From Pseudomonadales bacterium (lineage in GTDB: Bacteria > Pseudomonadota > Gammaproteobacteria > Pseudomonadales > Azotimanducaceae): a stretch of DNA of 64,000 nt. The DNA is taken from the NCBI GenBank assembly GCA_965199705.1, contig OZ241359.1:1183584-1247583 (forward strand), read 5' to 3'. Below are positions 1 to 9,577 of the stretch, in pieces. Numbering within the stretch: position 1 is the first letter of the stretch; each line of letters begins with the position of its first letter. The notes beneath the pieces were generated by a model. It did not search any database and was not told where the DNA came from. It saw only the letters and a list, made by a program, of their open reading frames with translations. The position numbers were made by a program, and so were the translations under genes.

Positions 1-62
1 ACGAGACTGTAGATAAGGCCAACAGCAACTTCACGAACGCCCACCGCAACAAGGTCGTCGGC

Positions 63-1034
63 ATGGCGCAGGGCTCAAACCCCCATTTTGAGTTGTACCA
101 TGCCGCCCCCTCGCTTTGTTCGATGAAGGTTCGAACAGTACTTGCTGAAAAGAACATCCCGTACATATCCCACGACCTGAACCTCCCGGTCAGAAAGGAG
201 ATGGTGGAGTGTTACCTGCCGGACTATGTTCGCTTGCGGCTCCTGGGCGCACCAGATGCAGAACTGGCGCGCGGTTACACCGGTCAGTCGTCGGTGACCA
301 CCGAAGGGTTTGACCCGTGTGTCGTGCCGACGTTAGTGGATCACGAGCAGGAGCGGGTGGTGGTGGATTCATCAAGGATCTGCACCTATCTGGATGAGCA
401 GACGCCGGAACCGAAGCTCGTTCTGGAGGCGCTTGCTGGTCAGATCGCTGAACAGATTGCTTTGGTTGACCAGGCGCCCCACGTGGCGTCGCTTTATGGT
501 GCGCATCCGGATCACGATCCCCGCCCGAAGGGTTTGAAAATCAACATTACCGGGGTGCATGCCAAAAAGATTGTAAAGCTCAAAGAAGCCCGCGAATGGG
601 CCTATGACGAACCAACCTTGGTTGCAGCATACGATGCAAAAATCGCAAAGGAATCCTCTGCCGGGGAGTTCGTTTATCAAGCGGAACAGATGCGTCAGGC
701 GCACAAAGCGATGGACGCGCACGTCGGGGCTCTCGAAGAGCAACTCGGTTCCCACAACGGTGAATGGGTAATGGGTGATCGCTATACGATGGCGGACATC
801 TTGTGGACGACCAGTATTTATCGGATGAAGTGGCTTGGGCTAGGGAGTGCGTGGGAGGGCAATGCGGCGCGGCCGCGGGTCAACGCCTATGTTGCCAAGG
901 CGTTTGATCGGCCGTCTTTTCGTGCCGGTGTGATTGAGTGGCCTGGGGCTTATGGTCCGTCTCCGCACATACCTGAATTTGCCGGTTTGCTTGCTCTGCC
1001 CAGGTTCATGCTAGAGATGAAGCGACGAGCTTAG
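63..1034 (+). CDS. glutathione S-transferase family protein (long ~320-aa form)
   Basis: 323-aa ORF from ATG 63. N-terminal thioredoxin-like GST pattern (FELYHAAPSLCSMKVRTVLAEKNIPY ... CVVPTLVDHEQERVVVDSSRICTYL) followed by a helical C-terminal part. Motif recognition only. Confidence 0.6.
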   Translation: MAQGSNPHFELYHAAPSLCSMKVRTVLAEKNIPYISHDLNLPVRKEMVECYLPDYVRLRLLGAPDAELARGYTGQSSVTTEGFDPCVVPTLVDHEQERVVVDSSRICTYLDEQTPEPKLVLEALAGQIAEQIALVDQAPHVASLYGAHPDHDPRPKGLKINITGVHAKKIVKLKEAREWAYDEPTLVAAYDAKIAKESSAGEFVYQAEQMRQAHKAMDAHVGALEEQLGSHNGEWVMGDRYTMADILWTTSIYRMKWLGLGSAWEGNAARPRVNAYVAKAFDRPSFRAGVIEWPGAYGPSPHIPEFAGLLALPRFMLEMKRRA

Positions 1035-1070
1035 TACTTGATCCACAGGGCTAGACAGCAAGGAGTCTCA

Positions 1071-1715
1071 ATGAAACTGTTCCACTTCCCCAGGGCTTGC
1101 TCGCGCGTCACCATGACCGCGCTGGAGACGGCAGGATTCGAATACGAAGATCAAGTGATCAACATCATGAAGGGCGAACAAAAAAGCCCGGAATACCTTG
1201 CCGTGCATCGCAGTGGCAAAGTGCCTGCGCTGCAAGTCGACGGCAACGTGATCACGGAAAATGCGTCGATCATCTACTATCTGCACAACAAAGCACCACA
1301 AGCGGGCCTTTTGCCGGATGTGGCGTCAGATATGGAGGAGGCGCAACAGCTGTCAGATCTGGTCTGGTGTTCGGGTACCGTGCATCCCACCATGCGTCAG
1401 GTTCGTATGCCGATTCGATTTACCGATGGGGATCCCAGCGGTGTTCAGGAGAAAGGCCACGAACTGCTTGCTGGTATCGCGCAGCACGTGAATGATCGCG
1501 TTGGCGACGGCTGGTGGTACGGCGACGCTTGGTCGATTGTCGATGTCTATTTGATTTGGATCTTCGCTACGGGCGCTTCGGGTGGGTTCGATCTCTCACC
1601 ATACAATAATTTGCGGTCGCTCATTGAAAAGGTAGGGGGGCTGGACGCTTACCAGCGGGCGCTGGCCAGAGAAACTGCGGCCCAGGAGGCCGCCGGCATT
1701 GAATTTCCCAGTTAG
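1071..1715 (+). CDS. glutathione S-transferase
   Basis: ORF 1038..1715. Preferred start is ATG 1071, preceded by AGGAG (1061-1065). KSPEYLAVHRSGKVPALQVDGNVITENASIIYYL is the classic GST N-domain G-site pattern. Confidence 0.75.
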   Translation: MKLFHFPRACSRVTMTALETAGFEYEDQVINIMKGEQKSPEYLAVHRSGKVPALQVDGNVITENASIIYYLHNKAPQAGLLPDVASDMEEAQQLSDLVWCSGTVHPTMRQVRMPIRFTDGDPSGVQEKGHELLAGIAQHVNDRVGDGWWYGDAWSIVDVYLIWIFATGASGGFDLSPYNNLRSLIEKVGGLDAYQRALARETAAQEAAGIEFPS

Positions 1716-1823
1716 CGGGATTCGGGTTTGGTCGAGGTACTCTTCCAGTACCCATTCGAGCATCACGCCACGAAACAACATGCCCGCCGGATCCAACAGA
1801 CCCCAAATGACCCCGCCTTGGTA

Positions 1824-2033
1824 AACTTGGGCCAAGAGCCCGAATACGGGGTCGGTAAACACATCGAAGAATCGCGCGATACCGAAGATGGCGCCTGCGG
1901 CGGTCAGGCTGATGCCGAGTTCAGCGTAGAGCGGGGGAAGAATGGCGATGACGGGCAGGCTCAGCGCGGCCAGCGCGGACGCGGGCGATGCGAAAGCCGC
2001 AACGCCTGCGCGGCTCATGCCATCGCTTGGCAA
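1824..2033 (-). pseudogene. N-terminal stub of an MFS/GPH-type permease
   Basis: The first ~65 aa of ORF 1596..2033 (LSLPVIAILPPLYAELGISLTAAGAIFGIARFFDVFTDPVFGLL) resemble TM1-loop-TM2 of GPH/MFS symporters. The similarity then ends and the ORF runs into the 3' end of the GST gene. Confidence 0.4.
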
Positions 2034-2036
2034 GTG

Positions 2037-2672
2037 CTACGCGGCCTTGGGCTTGGGTGCGAAGCGGCTTCGCAGTTGTAGCATGGCCCATCTGAATCCC
2101 CCCAAGTAGGCCTTCGGAATGGTGGCAGGGTCGCGCGGTCCGCTGGGCGTCCGAAGCTTCAGCGTGTTCCAGCTCTCACCGGCCTCCAACCGCTGCTGAA
2201 GCTCTGCGGGGTTGAAATCCACCCCGATAGGGTTCGATCGAAAGTCGCTGCCCGCCAGAAACTCGTTGGTTTCCTCGATGGACTCAAACACGTCCACCTG
2301 AGTCTCAATGACATTGTCATCAAGGTCTCGATAGTAAATGGAGATGGTGGCCCCGTGGTGGGTGCACCACACCGGCTCATGCCCCGCAGCGGTCATCCGC
2401 CGCCAAGTGGTTAGCAAGCCATCAAGATCATCGTAGGTGTACGCGTGATGATCCACGCCGCTCATATTCTTCAGCTTGGGCAGCAGGCCTGGTCGCTCGG
2501 TGATCGCGAGTCGGTGGTGCTCGTCGTCGTAGCTGAGAAAGACAATGCCTGGCCCCTGGTGGACAATTCGAGCGCCCAGTAACAGTAGGTAGAAGTCGAG
2601 CTGCTCCTTAAAACGGCTGGTTTTCAGTACAAGGTGAGCGAACTTGGCGGGTGTGGGAAAGTTGGGTTCCAT
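2037..2672 (-). CDS. VOC (glyoxalase/extradiol dioxygenase) family protein
   Basis: ORF 2037..2693. KFAHLVLKTSRFKEQLDFYLLLLGARIVHQ...FLSYDDEHHRLAI...VDHHAYTY is a typical VOC beta-alpha-beta module. Preferred start ATG 2672 (MEPNF...) overlaps the stop of the upstream ORF (TGATG); alternative start at 2693. Confidence 0.55.
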   Translation of the reverse strand: MEPNFPTPAKFAHLVLKTSRFKEQLDFYLLLLGARIVHQGPGIVFLSYDDEHHRLAITERPGLLPKLKNMSGVDHHAYTYDDLDGLLTTWRRMTAAGHEPVWCTHHGATISIYYRDLDDNVIETQVDVFESIEETNEFLAGSDFRSNPIGVDFNPAELQQRLEAGESWNTLKLRTPSGPRDPATIPKAYLGGFRWAMLQLRSRFAPKPKAA

Positions 2673-3061
2673 CAGGCCATGCCTCCAATCCATGCGGCGA
2701 TTGCCGCGCCGATTTCATCCGGGGAGTCCTCAGTCATGAAGTGGCTCCCGCGCACCGTCACTTCCGTTTGGTTTGGCCACGTGCGGCGCAAATCCCGCTG
2801 TCGTCCCACCAAAATAGCGCCGGGCAATACCCGCTCAACAAACAGGTTGTTCTCCAGCACCATCTCCTCACCTGCCGGCGATCGAAACCCTCGAAATACG
2901 GGCGCGATGGCGGGGTTCCAGTCCTCCCAATCTGGGAATGGCGCGACGATGGCCTCCATGTAGGTGATGCCCTTGAGGTCCGGCGCGATGCAACGACCCA
3001 AACTTGCGAGGCGCGCGATGAAGTAGGCGGTCATGTTGAACCGAATATTTGCCAAGCGCAC
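2672..3061 (-). pseudogene. haloalkane dehalogenase (LinB/DhaA-like alpha/beta hydrolase) remnant with internal in-frame deletions
   Basis: The 129-aa ORF aligns, from my memory of LinB, in three blocks. Block 1: NMTAYFIARLASLGRCIAPDL ~ [26 protein letters not shown]. Block 2: ITYMEAIVAPF...FRSPAGEEMVLENNLFVERVLPGAIL ~ IAYMEAIAMPI...FRSQAGEELVLQDNVFVEQVLPGLIL. Block 3: [32 protein letters not shown] ~ [32 protein letters not shown]. The HDWG nucleophile region and most of the cap domain are missing. Confidence 0.6.
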
Positions 3062-3105
3062 AAAACATTAATATTCTATTTGCCAACTGTCAAATATTGT
3101 GATCC

Positions 3106-3744
3106 ATGGCATCCACTGCGAAAGACGTCCTGTCAGCCAAATCTGAGATTACCCAGCAGAAGCTGATTGATGCGGGTATTGAGCTGTTTGCCAAGCAAGG
3201 TTTTGAGGCCACGAGCACGCGCCAGGTGCAAGACCACGCCCAGGTTCAGCGAAACCTCATCACCTATCACTTCGGCAGCAAGGAGCGATTTTGGAAGGCC
3301 TGCATGCACGAACTGTTTGGCCGCCGCATGAACCAAGTAATGGGGCCGGCCATTGAGCAAGCCAAAGACATCGCCACTACCGAGCGTATTCGGTTTTTAG
3401 TTCGTCGTTTCATTCGTGCTTCGGCGGCCAATCCGGAGAGCACGAGCATCATGTTTGACGAGGGCCGCTCCGACAATTGGCGGCTCGAGTGGTTGGTGTC
3501 GCGCTACGTTCAGCCGTTCTACGGCGTCGTCGAGTCTCTGTACGAAAAGGACGAGTTGGGTGGCAGTTGGCTGACCGTGGTCCAGTTTTACTACCTGTTG
3601 GTGAGCAGCGCTTCGGTCTTTGCGATGGCGCCCGAACTTCGCCGCCTGAGCGGTACAGACCCTTTTGACGAGGCGTTCGTTGACAATCAGGCCAACACCA
3701 TCGCTCAGCTGCTCACACCTTCACGTCCACTCCAAGAGACATAA
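3106..3744 (+). CDS. TetR/AcrR family transcriptional regulator
   Basis: 212-aa ORF. N-terminal HTH pattern KLIDAGIELFAKQGFEATSTRQVQDHAQVQRNLITYHFGSKERFWKA. Paralogous to the ORF at 18293. Confidence 0.85.
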   Translation: MASTAKDVLSAKSEITQQKLIDAGIELFAKQGFEATSTRQVQDHAQVQRNLITYHFGSKERFWKACMHELFGRRMNQVMGPAIEQAKDIATTERIRFLVRRFIRASAANPESTSIMFDEGRSDNWRLEWLVSRYVQPFYGVVESLYEKDELGGSWLTVVQFYYLLVSSASVFAMAPELRRLSGTDPFDEAFVDNQANTIAQLLTPSRPLQET

Positions 3745-3747
3745 CCT

Positions 3748-4614
3748 ATGAGATACGCAACTTACGCTGTGGCCGGCAAAACCTCGTATGGCATCGTGAC
3801 CGACTCCGGCATTGTCGATCTCGGCGCCAGGCTAACGGGCGCGCCCACGCTGCGCGAGTTGATCGCACTCGGATTTGAAGGGGCGAGTGAGCACGCCGGT
3901 TCGACGGCCGACTACGCGCTCCACGAAGTTGAACTTTTACCGCCGATTCCAGTGCCTGGCGCGATCTGGTGCACGGGCCTGAATACGCACTCGCACTTTC
4001 ATGAGGCCGCTCCGCGCATGGGGTTCAAAGAGATCCCGCAATACCCGATGTTCTTCTTGCGCGCAGCCAACACACTGGTGGGGAGTGGCTCACCCATCGA
4101 AAAGCCGGCACTCGAGCCTCACTTTGACTATGAAGGCGAGATCGCCGTGATCATCGGTGAGCGCTGCAGGAATGTTTCGGTTGAAGATGCACCGAAGCAC
4201 ATCGCGGGCTATAGCTGCTTTAATGATGGCTCCGCGCGTCAGTACCAGATTCGCGGTTTTCAGGTCACAACCGGAAAGAATGCCTACCACAGCGCGGGCT
4301 TTGGGCCTTGGATGGTGAGTGCCGACGAGTTGGCCGCAGAAGAGATGGTGCTGCAAACCAGGGTGAACGGAGAGGTGCGGCAAGACATGACGCTTGATGA
4401 CTTGATCTTTAGCTTCGCGGATCTGATTTCACACATCTCAGAAGTGACCTGGCTCGAGCCGGGAGATGTGCTGGTCACCGGATCCGCGGAAGGGGCGGGG
4501 GCGTTGCGCAGCCCGCCGATGTTCTTGGCGCAGGGCGATGTCGTGGAGGTTGAGGTGAGCGGCATAGGAACGCTCATCAACACGGTCGAAGAGCAAGTCT
4601 TGGCGAGCGGCTGA
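3748..4614 (+). CDS. fumarylacetoacetate hydrolase (FAH) family protein
   Basis: 288-aa ORF starting 4 nt after tetR. FDYEGEIAVIIG... and ...GDVLVTGSAEG motifs typical of the FAH fold. Confidence 0.85.
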   Translation: MRYATYAVAGKTSYGIVTDSGIVDLGARLTGAPTLRELIALGFEGASEHAGSTADYALHEVELLPPIPVPGAIWCTGLNTHSHFHEAAPRMGFKEIPQYPMFFLRAANTLVGSGSPIEKPALEPHFDYEGEIAVIIGERCRNVSVEDAPKHIAGYSCFNDGSARQYQIRGFQVTTGKNAYHSAGFGPWMVSADELAAEEMVLQTRVNGEVRQDMTLDDLIFSFADLISHISEVTWLEPGDVLVTGSAEGAGALRSPPMFLAQGDVVEVEVSGIGTLINTVEEQVLASG

Positions 4615-4616
4615 TC

Positions 4617-6323
4617 ATGAGCGTGCTGGGGCTTGCAACGGAGGTGGTCATCGTAGGCGCTGGCCCCAGTGGCTTGCTTGCGTCCATCCTTTTGTCAAAG
4701 CTTGAAGTCTCTCACGTGCTCGTGGAGCAGCGCCAAACTACGGTCAAGGCGCCTGCCGCGCATGTGGTGAACACGCGCACGCTCGAGATCTATCGGCAAG
4801 CCGGCATCAACGTGGACGAGCTTTACGGCCTGAATAGCCACCCGACGGCGCATCTTGTGACGTGGAAAAGCACGCTAGGTGCTGAACCCCTGGGCGTGTT
4901 CAACGCTGCAGAACATCGAGAGCCCCTACCGGTGCCCATCTCTCGGGAACACACCACGAACATCTCACAGCATCGGCTGGAAGCCTATCTGTTGGATGTA
5001 GCTCAGCAGTCGAGCTTCGCCGACATTCGCTTTAGCACGCGTTGGGTTGAGTTTTCGAACCCGGAGAAAACCTCAAGTACCTTTGAATCCAACGGGGGGG
5101 CGGTAGAGATCGGTTATCGCTACATGATTGCCGCAGATGGCGCCGCGAGTCCGGTGGCTCGGTCGCTTGGCATCCGAAGAGTCGGTCCTGATGCCATCGC
5201 CACGTTCTTGAACCTGACGTGCGAAGTGGACATCTCCGCTGTGAGCGGAGAAGACGCGTCGCTATTGTATTGGCTGCTCGATCCTTCGGCGCAAGGCACG
5301 ATCATCGTGCATGACCCGAGGAAGCTGGCGGTGTACATGCGCCCACTTGCAGTGCCTTATGAGTCCATCAATGACTACGACGACGAGCGCTGTGAGGAGC
5401 TGACAAAGGAGGTGTACGGCGACGTTCCGTGCAAGATCGTTCACAAAGGCATCTGGAAAATGACGGCCCAAGTTGCCGAGCGATTTCGGGATGGCCCCGT
5501 ATTCCTTGTGGGAGATGCGGTTCACCGATTTCCACCCACGGGTGGCTTAGGCCTGAACACCGGCGCGGGTGATGTCCACAACCTGATCTGGAAGCTGTAC
5601 GCGATTCTCAAGAACACCGTGGCTGCAGATCAGGCGGACGCGCTGCTCGAGAGCTATGAGCTTGAACGCAAGCCCGTTGCTCAACGCAACTGCGATGTGA
5701 GCGAACGCAATAACGGCAAGATGATGGAAGTGGTGCAAGCGCTCGGCTTAGACCCGAGCAAAGCAAACGTGTTGGCTCGGGTGATGAATTTCGGGTTGGT
5801 GAAAGCGTTGCCGGACTCGCTCCGCTCTGGCGTCTTCAGCCTGCTCACCAAGCCGGTGCGCTCAATTCTGACCGGCGCGTTAGCAGACACTGAACAAGGC
5901 CAGCAAGTTCGCCGTCGGGTAGATCAATCGATTGCCAACCAAAAAGAGCACTTCAGCTCCCTCGGCTTGGACCTGGGGTATGTCTACCGGAAAGGAGTAT
6001 GTGTCTCTGCGGCGGCCTCTGAAACACCCGAGAATTCGGTCACCACTTACGTGGAGTCCACGGGCGCGGGCGCGCGATTTCCAGAGAGGCTGATGGATAA
6101 GACGTCGAGCGAGGCGTTGCACGATTTGATCGACTACACCGGGTTTACGCTCTTTCGAACAAGTGACGCACCGGTGATTGATGAGCCGACCTTTGGCCTA
6201 CCGGTTCGGGACGTGGCGTTAGATACCGGGTACGAGTACTCACCGCCTCTTGGCATTGAGGGAGGCGGCTGGGCGTTGGTGCGTCCGGATGGCCACGTGA
6301 TGCACAGTTCTGTCGATACGTAG
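4617..6323 (+). CDS. FAD-dependent aromatic-ring monooxygenase (PheA/TfdB-type)
   Basis: 568-aa ORF. GxGxxG dinucleotide fold VVIVGAGPSGLLASILL and the conserved VFLVGDAVHRFPPTGGLGLNTGAGDVHNLIWKL motif. Confidence 0.85.
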   Translation: MSVLGLATEVVIVGAGPSGLLASILLSKLEVSHVLVEQRQTTVKAPAAHVVNTRTLEIYRQAGINVDELYGLNSHPTAHLVTWKSTLGAEPLGVFNAAEHREPLPVPISREHTTNISQHRLEAYLLDVAQQSSFADIRFSTRWVEFSNPEKTSSTFESNGGAVEIGYRYMIAADGAASPVARSLGIRRVGPDAIATFLNLTCEVDISAVSGEDASLLYWLLDPSAQGTIIVHDPRKLAVYMRPLAVPYESINDYDDERCEELTKEVYGDVPCKIVHKGIWKMTAQVAERFRDGPVFLVGDAVHRFPPTGGLGLNTGAGDVHNLIWKLYAILKNTVAADQADALLESYELERKPVAQRNCDVSERNNGKMMEVVQALGLDPSKANVLARVMNFGLVKALPDSLRSGVFSLLTKPVRSILTGALADTEQGQQVRRRVDQSIANQKEHFSSLGLDLGYVYRKGVCVSAAASETPENSVTTYVESTGAGARFPERLMDKTSSEALHDLIDYTGFTLFRTSDAPVIDEPTFGLPVRDVALDTGYEYSPPLGIEGGGWALVRPDGHVMHSSVDT

Positions 6324-6341
6324 AACTTCTCAGGCCTTCAA

Positions 6342-8297
6342 GAGGCGCTTGCGCTGTTTCTAATTGATTGAATGGTTTGATGTTATGTGAGGCGTCGAAA
6401 ATTTATTCTCCCGGAGAAGCGGGGATTTGGCCCGATTTTGGGGTGTTTCGGCCCGAATTGGCGGATTTTCACCCCAAGGTTGGTTGTTGCAGCCGAGGAG
6501 GCGGAAGCGCCGGTTGTCATGTGGCAAAATGGTGGTTGTAAATCAAACAATTGCCGACCTTCGAGGTGATCATGACAACCGGCCCGAACAATTTACTTTT
6601 TTCTTGGGACGCTGTCGAGCCGCTGGCGGATCTGAAACGCCTGTCGATGGTGCTGGAGCACTTGCCGGACGCGGAGTTGGTTGCGGCGCTTGCGGCGAAG
6701 CGGGGTCGGGGCAGGAACGATTTTCCGGTTCGCGCGATGTGGCGCGCCTTGGTGGCGGGTGTGGTTTTCCAGCACGCCTCGGTGGCGTCGCTGGTTCGGG
6801 AGTTGCGCCGCAATCCGTCGCTGCTGTCGGTGTGCGGTTTCAATCCGTTGCCACGGCAGGGCCGCCCGGTTGCGCGGGTCGAGCGGGACGCGCGCACGGG
6901 TCGGTCGGTTGTGGTGCGGGAGGCGGCGCCGGTTTTGCCCTGCGTTCCGAACGAGTGGAACTTCTCGCGCCTGCTCAGGAACCTGATTGACTTGGAGGAC
7001 AGGCAGGGGTTGGTCAGCAGCCTGGTGGACGAACTGCGTGGCCGATTGCTGGCGGTGCTGCCGGACTACGGCGTGCATCTGGGGTGCGACGGCAAGGCGG
7101 TGGCGAGCCATTCCACCGGGCGGGTCAACCGCGGCGCCGGGGGTGAGGGTTCGGATCCAGACGCGGATTGGGGCAAGCACGAAACGCGGGGCGTGGACAA
7201 GCAAGGGCGCGCCTGGAGGCGGGTCAAGAGTTGGTTCGGCTACGGTCTGCATCTGATTGCGGACACCCGCTATGAGTTGCCGGTGGCCTTTGCGGTGACG
7301 CGGGCATCGGCTTCGGAGCAGCCGGTGGTGGGGAAGCTGCTGGCGGAGTTGTTCGAGGCTGAGCCGGGTCTGGCGCAGCGGTGCCGGGACTTCAGCGCAG
7401 ATCGGGGCTATGACGGCGGAGCGTTGAAGCAGGCGTTGTGGGACGAGCACGGGATTCGGCCGCTGATTGACACCCGGCTGATGTGGCGCGAAGAGAAGCA
7501 GGATCCGAACCACGATCCCGCGCAGCCGATCCTGCGCAGCCTGGCCCCCGAGCGGACGGACAACATCCTGTACAGCGAGCGGGGCGAGGTGTCGTGCCGC
7601 TGCCCGGCGACAGGGACGGAGCGCCCGATGGCGTTCCAGGGGTTCGAATCGGACCGGGGGACGCTGAAGTACCGGTGTCCGGCGGCGGCTTGCGACCTGA
7701 AGTGCGAGGGCCGGGCGGCGTGTCTTTCGCAGTCCGGCTCGAAGGCGGGCGACTTCGGGCGCATTGTGCGTATCGATCTCAAGCGCGCGAACCGGCGCAT
7801 CTTCACCCCCACGCCCTGGGGCTCGCCCGCTTGGCGACGCGGCTACAACCGACGCTCGGCACTGGAGCGGATCAACGCGCGCCTGGACCGCAGCTTCGGC
7901 TTCGAGGTGCATTTCATCCGCGGCCTGGCCAAGATGAAGACACGGATGGGGCTGGCGCTCGCGGTGATGATGGCGCTGGCGGTCGCCGCCGTGGTCGAGG
8001 GACGAGACGAACGGATGCGCTCGCTCGTGCGCCCGGTCCCGTTTGCAGACACCGGATAGCGCTGCGCCAACCCCCAACCGCTCCAACCCGTCCCCTGCCT
8101 GCCCCTGGACGCCGCGCCCCTGTCCGCAGCACACCCTTGTTGAGAGCCTTTCTCATCTACCCGCGATCGGCCCTCGTTCCAACCTCTCCCCAGCACCCCA
8201 ATCCGCTGCCCCGCCTTCAATCAATCCTCCCGCACTGCCAAATCCGCTCCACTACACCTCCCCATCCCGACAAAAACACCCACAGCGCAAGCGCCTC
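6342..8297 (+). mobile_element. Insertion sequence, copy 1 (1,956 bp; single DDE transposase; IS5/IS1182-like)
   Basis: Perfect 16-bp terminal inverted repeats: GAGGCGCTTGCGCTGT (6342-6357) and ACAGCGCAAGCGCCTC (8282-8297). Flanked by direct TTCAA (6337-6341 and 8298-8302). A second copy lies at 58871-60826 at constant offset 52,529 with no indels. Confidence 0.9.
6551..8059 (+). CDS. DDE transposase (IS4/IS5 superfamily, DUF772-type N-terminus)
   Basis: 502-aa ORF from TTG 6551; ATG at 6572 is more likely. ADRGYDG second-Asp motif and the Y-x2-R-x3-E signature (YNRRSALERINARLDRSFG). Confidence 0.9.
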   Translation: MPTFEVIMTTGPNNLLFSWDAVEPLADLKRLSMVLEHLPDAELVAALAAKRGRGRNDFPVRAMWRALVAGVVFQHASVASLVRELRRNPSLLSVCGFNPLPRQGRPVARVERDARTGRSVVVREAAPVLPCVPNEWNFSRLLRNLIDLEDRQGLVSSLVDELRGRLLAVLPDYGVHLGCDGKAVASHSTGRVNRGAGGEGSDPDADWGKHETRGVDKQGRAWRRVKSWFGYGLHLIADTRYELPVAFAVTRASASEQPVVGKLLAELFEAEPGLAQRCRDFSADRGYDGGALKQALWDEHGIRPLIDTRLMWREEKQDPNHDPAQPILRSLAPERTDNILYSERGEVSCRCPATGTERPMAFQGFESDRGTLKYRCPAAACDLKCEGRAACLSQSGSKAGDFGRIVRIDLKRANRRIFTPTPWGSPAWRRGYNRRSALERINARLDRSFGFEVHFIRGLAKMKTRMGLALAVMMALAVAAVVEGRDERMRSLVRPVPFADTG

Positions 8298-8363
8298 TTC
8301 AAGATTTGTGCATCGGGAGAAGTGCTAGATGGATAACAGGGTCTTCTTGTGTTGAGGCAACGC

Positions 8364-8455
8364 ATGATCGACGATATGGCGTTACGCAACTCAACGATAC
8401 AACTCAGATCGGTTATATCTGGGCTGTGAAGCAGCTAACCCAGTTTCTAGACAGG
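8364..8455 (+). pseudogene. tyrosine recombinase/integrase N-terminal (SAM-like domain) stub, frameshifted
   Basis: MIDDMALRN (frame 1) continues in another frame as TQIGYIWAVKQLTQFLDR. Together these mimic the MIxDMxLRNxSxxTQxxYxxAVxQFxxF N-terminus of integrases. Only ~30 codons remain, and it abuts the IS. Confidence 0.35.
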
Positions 8456-8462
8456 GTAATTT

Positions 8463-9389
8463 TCAGCCCGTCACCGGTTCCGGCAGGTAACCCTCGTCCT
8501 GCGTCCAGACGAGCGGGAATTCGGGACTCGCCATAGGATCTCCTGGCGAGAGATGCTCGCTTTTCTGTGAATCCGGTGGAGTACCCTCCCGCGGGTGGTA
8601 GCGGCAATCCTCACCGATGTAGCGGAGCGACGCGGCGCGACGTGGACGGTCGGTGGTGTTGCCTGTCGAGCCGTGGACAGTCCGTACGTGATGTACGATC
8701 GCGTCGCCAGGCCGGCACTCGACCCACTGGATGTCGTAATCGTCCTCCTGGCCTTCGATATCCGGTAGCGGTTTCTCGGCGGAGCCTGGCATTGGCTGGC
8801 GAGTGACGAAACCATTGGCAGCATGGATTTCCCAGCGGTGCGATCCACGGATGTAACCCATCGCCGCGTTCGATTTGTCGACCACATCGAGCGGCATCCA
8901 GATCGTGCAGCACTGGTCGCCCTTGAGATGGAAATAGGGTGCGTCCTGATGGAAGGCCGTAGGGTGCATTGATCGCGGCTCTTTCAGGAAAAACTGATCG
9001 CCATAGAAGTTAATGCGGTTTGCGTCCATCAGCCGAGCCGCGACCTCGGGCAATGGACCTCTGATACCCAGGGTTCGCAGATCGGGAATGCGCAGGTGGT
9101 TGAAGGTGCCCACCTTGAAAAGGCCTTCTGCCTGCGAGACTTCTTCATTGCTCGCCAGCAGCTCGGCACCCATAGCCTGGAGCATGGGTGCAAGCTCACT
9201 CGCGTTCAGCTCGTTCAGTCCTTCGACTCGCTCTTCGCCAAAAACAAGCTCAAAGACGCGCTCCACCTCTGCCAGCCACACGGGATCAAGCAGGCCTTGC
9301 AGGTGGACGATGCCGTGTTCGGCAAAACACGCGACCTCCTCGTCGCTGACGGGACGGGTGAGTCCTTCTGGTACGGGGGATACAGACAT
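8463..9389 (-). CDS. phytanoyl-CoA dioxygenase (PhyH) family Fe(II)/2-oxoglutarate oxygenase
   Basis: 308-aa ORF. FHQDAPYFHLKGDQCCTIWMPLDVVDKSNAAMGYIRGSHRW carries the HxD...H facial-triad context of the PhyH family. Confidence 0.8.
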   Translation of the reverse strand: MSVSPVPEGLTRPVSDEEVACFAEHGIVHLQGLLDPVWLAEVERVFELVFGEERVEGLNELNASELAPMLQAMGAELLASNEEVSQAEGLFKVGTFNHLRIPDLRTLGIRGPLPEVAARLMDANRINFYGDQFFLKEPRSMHPTAFHQDAPYFHLKGDQCCTIWMPLDVVDKSNAAMGYIRGSHRWEIHAANGFVTRQPMPGSAEKPLPDIEGQEDDYDIQWVECRPGDAIVHHVRTVHGSTGNTTDRPRRAASLRYIGEDCRYHPREGTPPDSQKSEHLSPGDPMASPEFPLVWTQDEGYLPEPVTG

Positions 9390-9577
9390 GGGGCTTCTCC
9401 CAATCAGTAGCTACGTCAGTTCTCAGAGAATACTGAGGGCTTCGTGTTTTTGGAATTCGTGGGGCTCATCGGTCCGCCGGCACACGTCTGCGCGCTGCTC
9501 AAACAATGCTTGATCGAAAGGGAGTTGCTGCTTGGATTCCATGGATCATGCTTTTGTAGTTCATGGAAGCTCTCTCG

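Noticed and set aside
6593-8134. 513-aa ORF antisense to the IS transposase, and its 583-aa twin at 58912..60663
   Set aside because: It is Arg/Pro/Gln/His-rich low-complexity translation with no recognisable motif. This is typical shadow ORF behaviour on the strand opposite a GC-rich gene, and the + strand ORF carries the DDE transposase signatures.
9423-9542. 39-codon minus-strand ORF (MESKQQLPFDQALFEQRADVCRRTDEPHEFQKHEALSIL) between the P450 and PhyH genes
   Set aside because: It has no recognisable motif (it is not a ferredoxin) and no clear RBS. It is too short to support without comparative or expression data.
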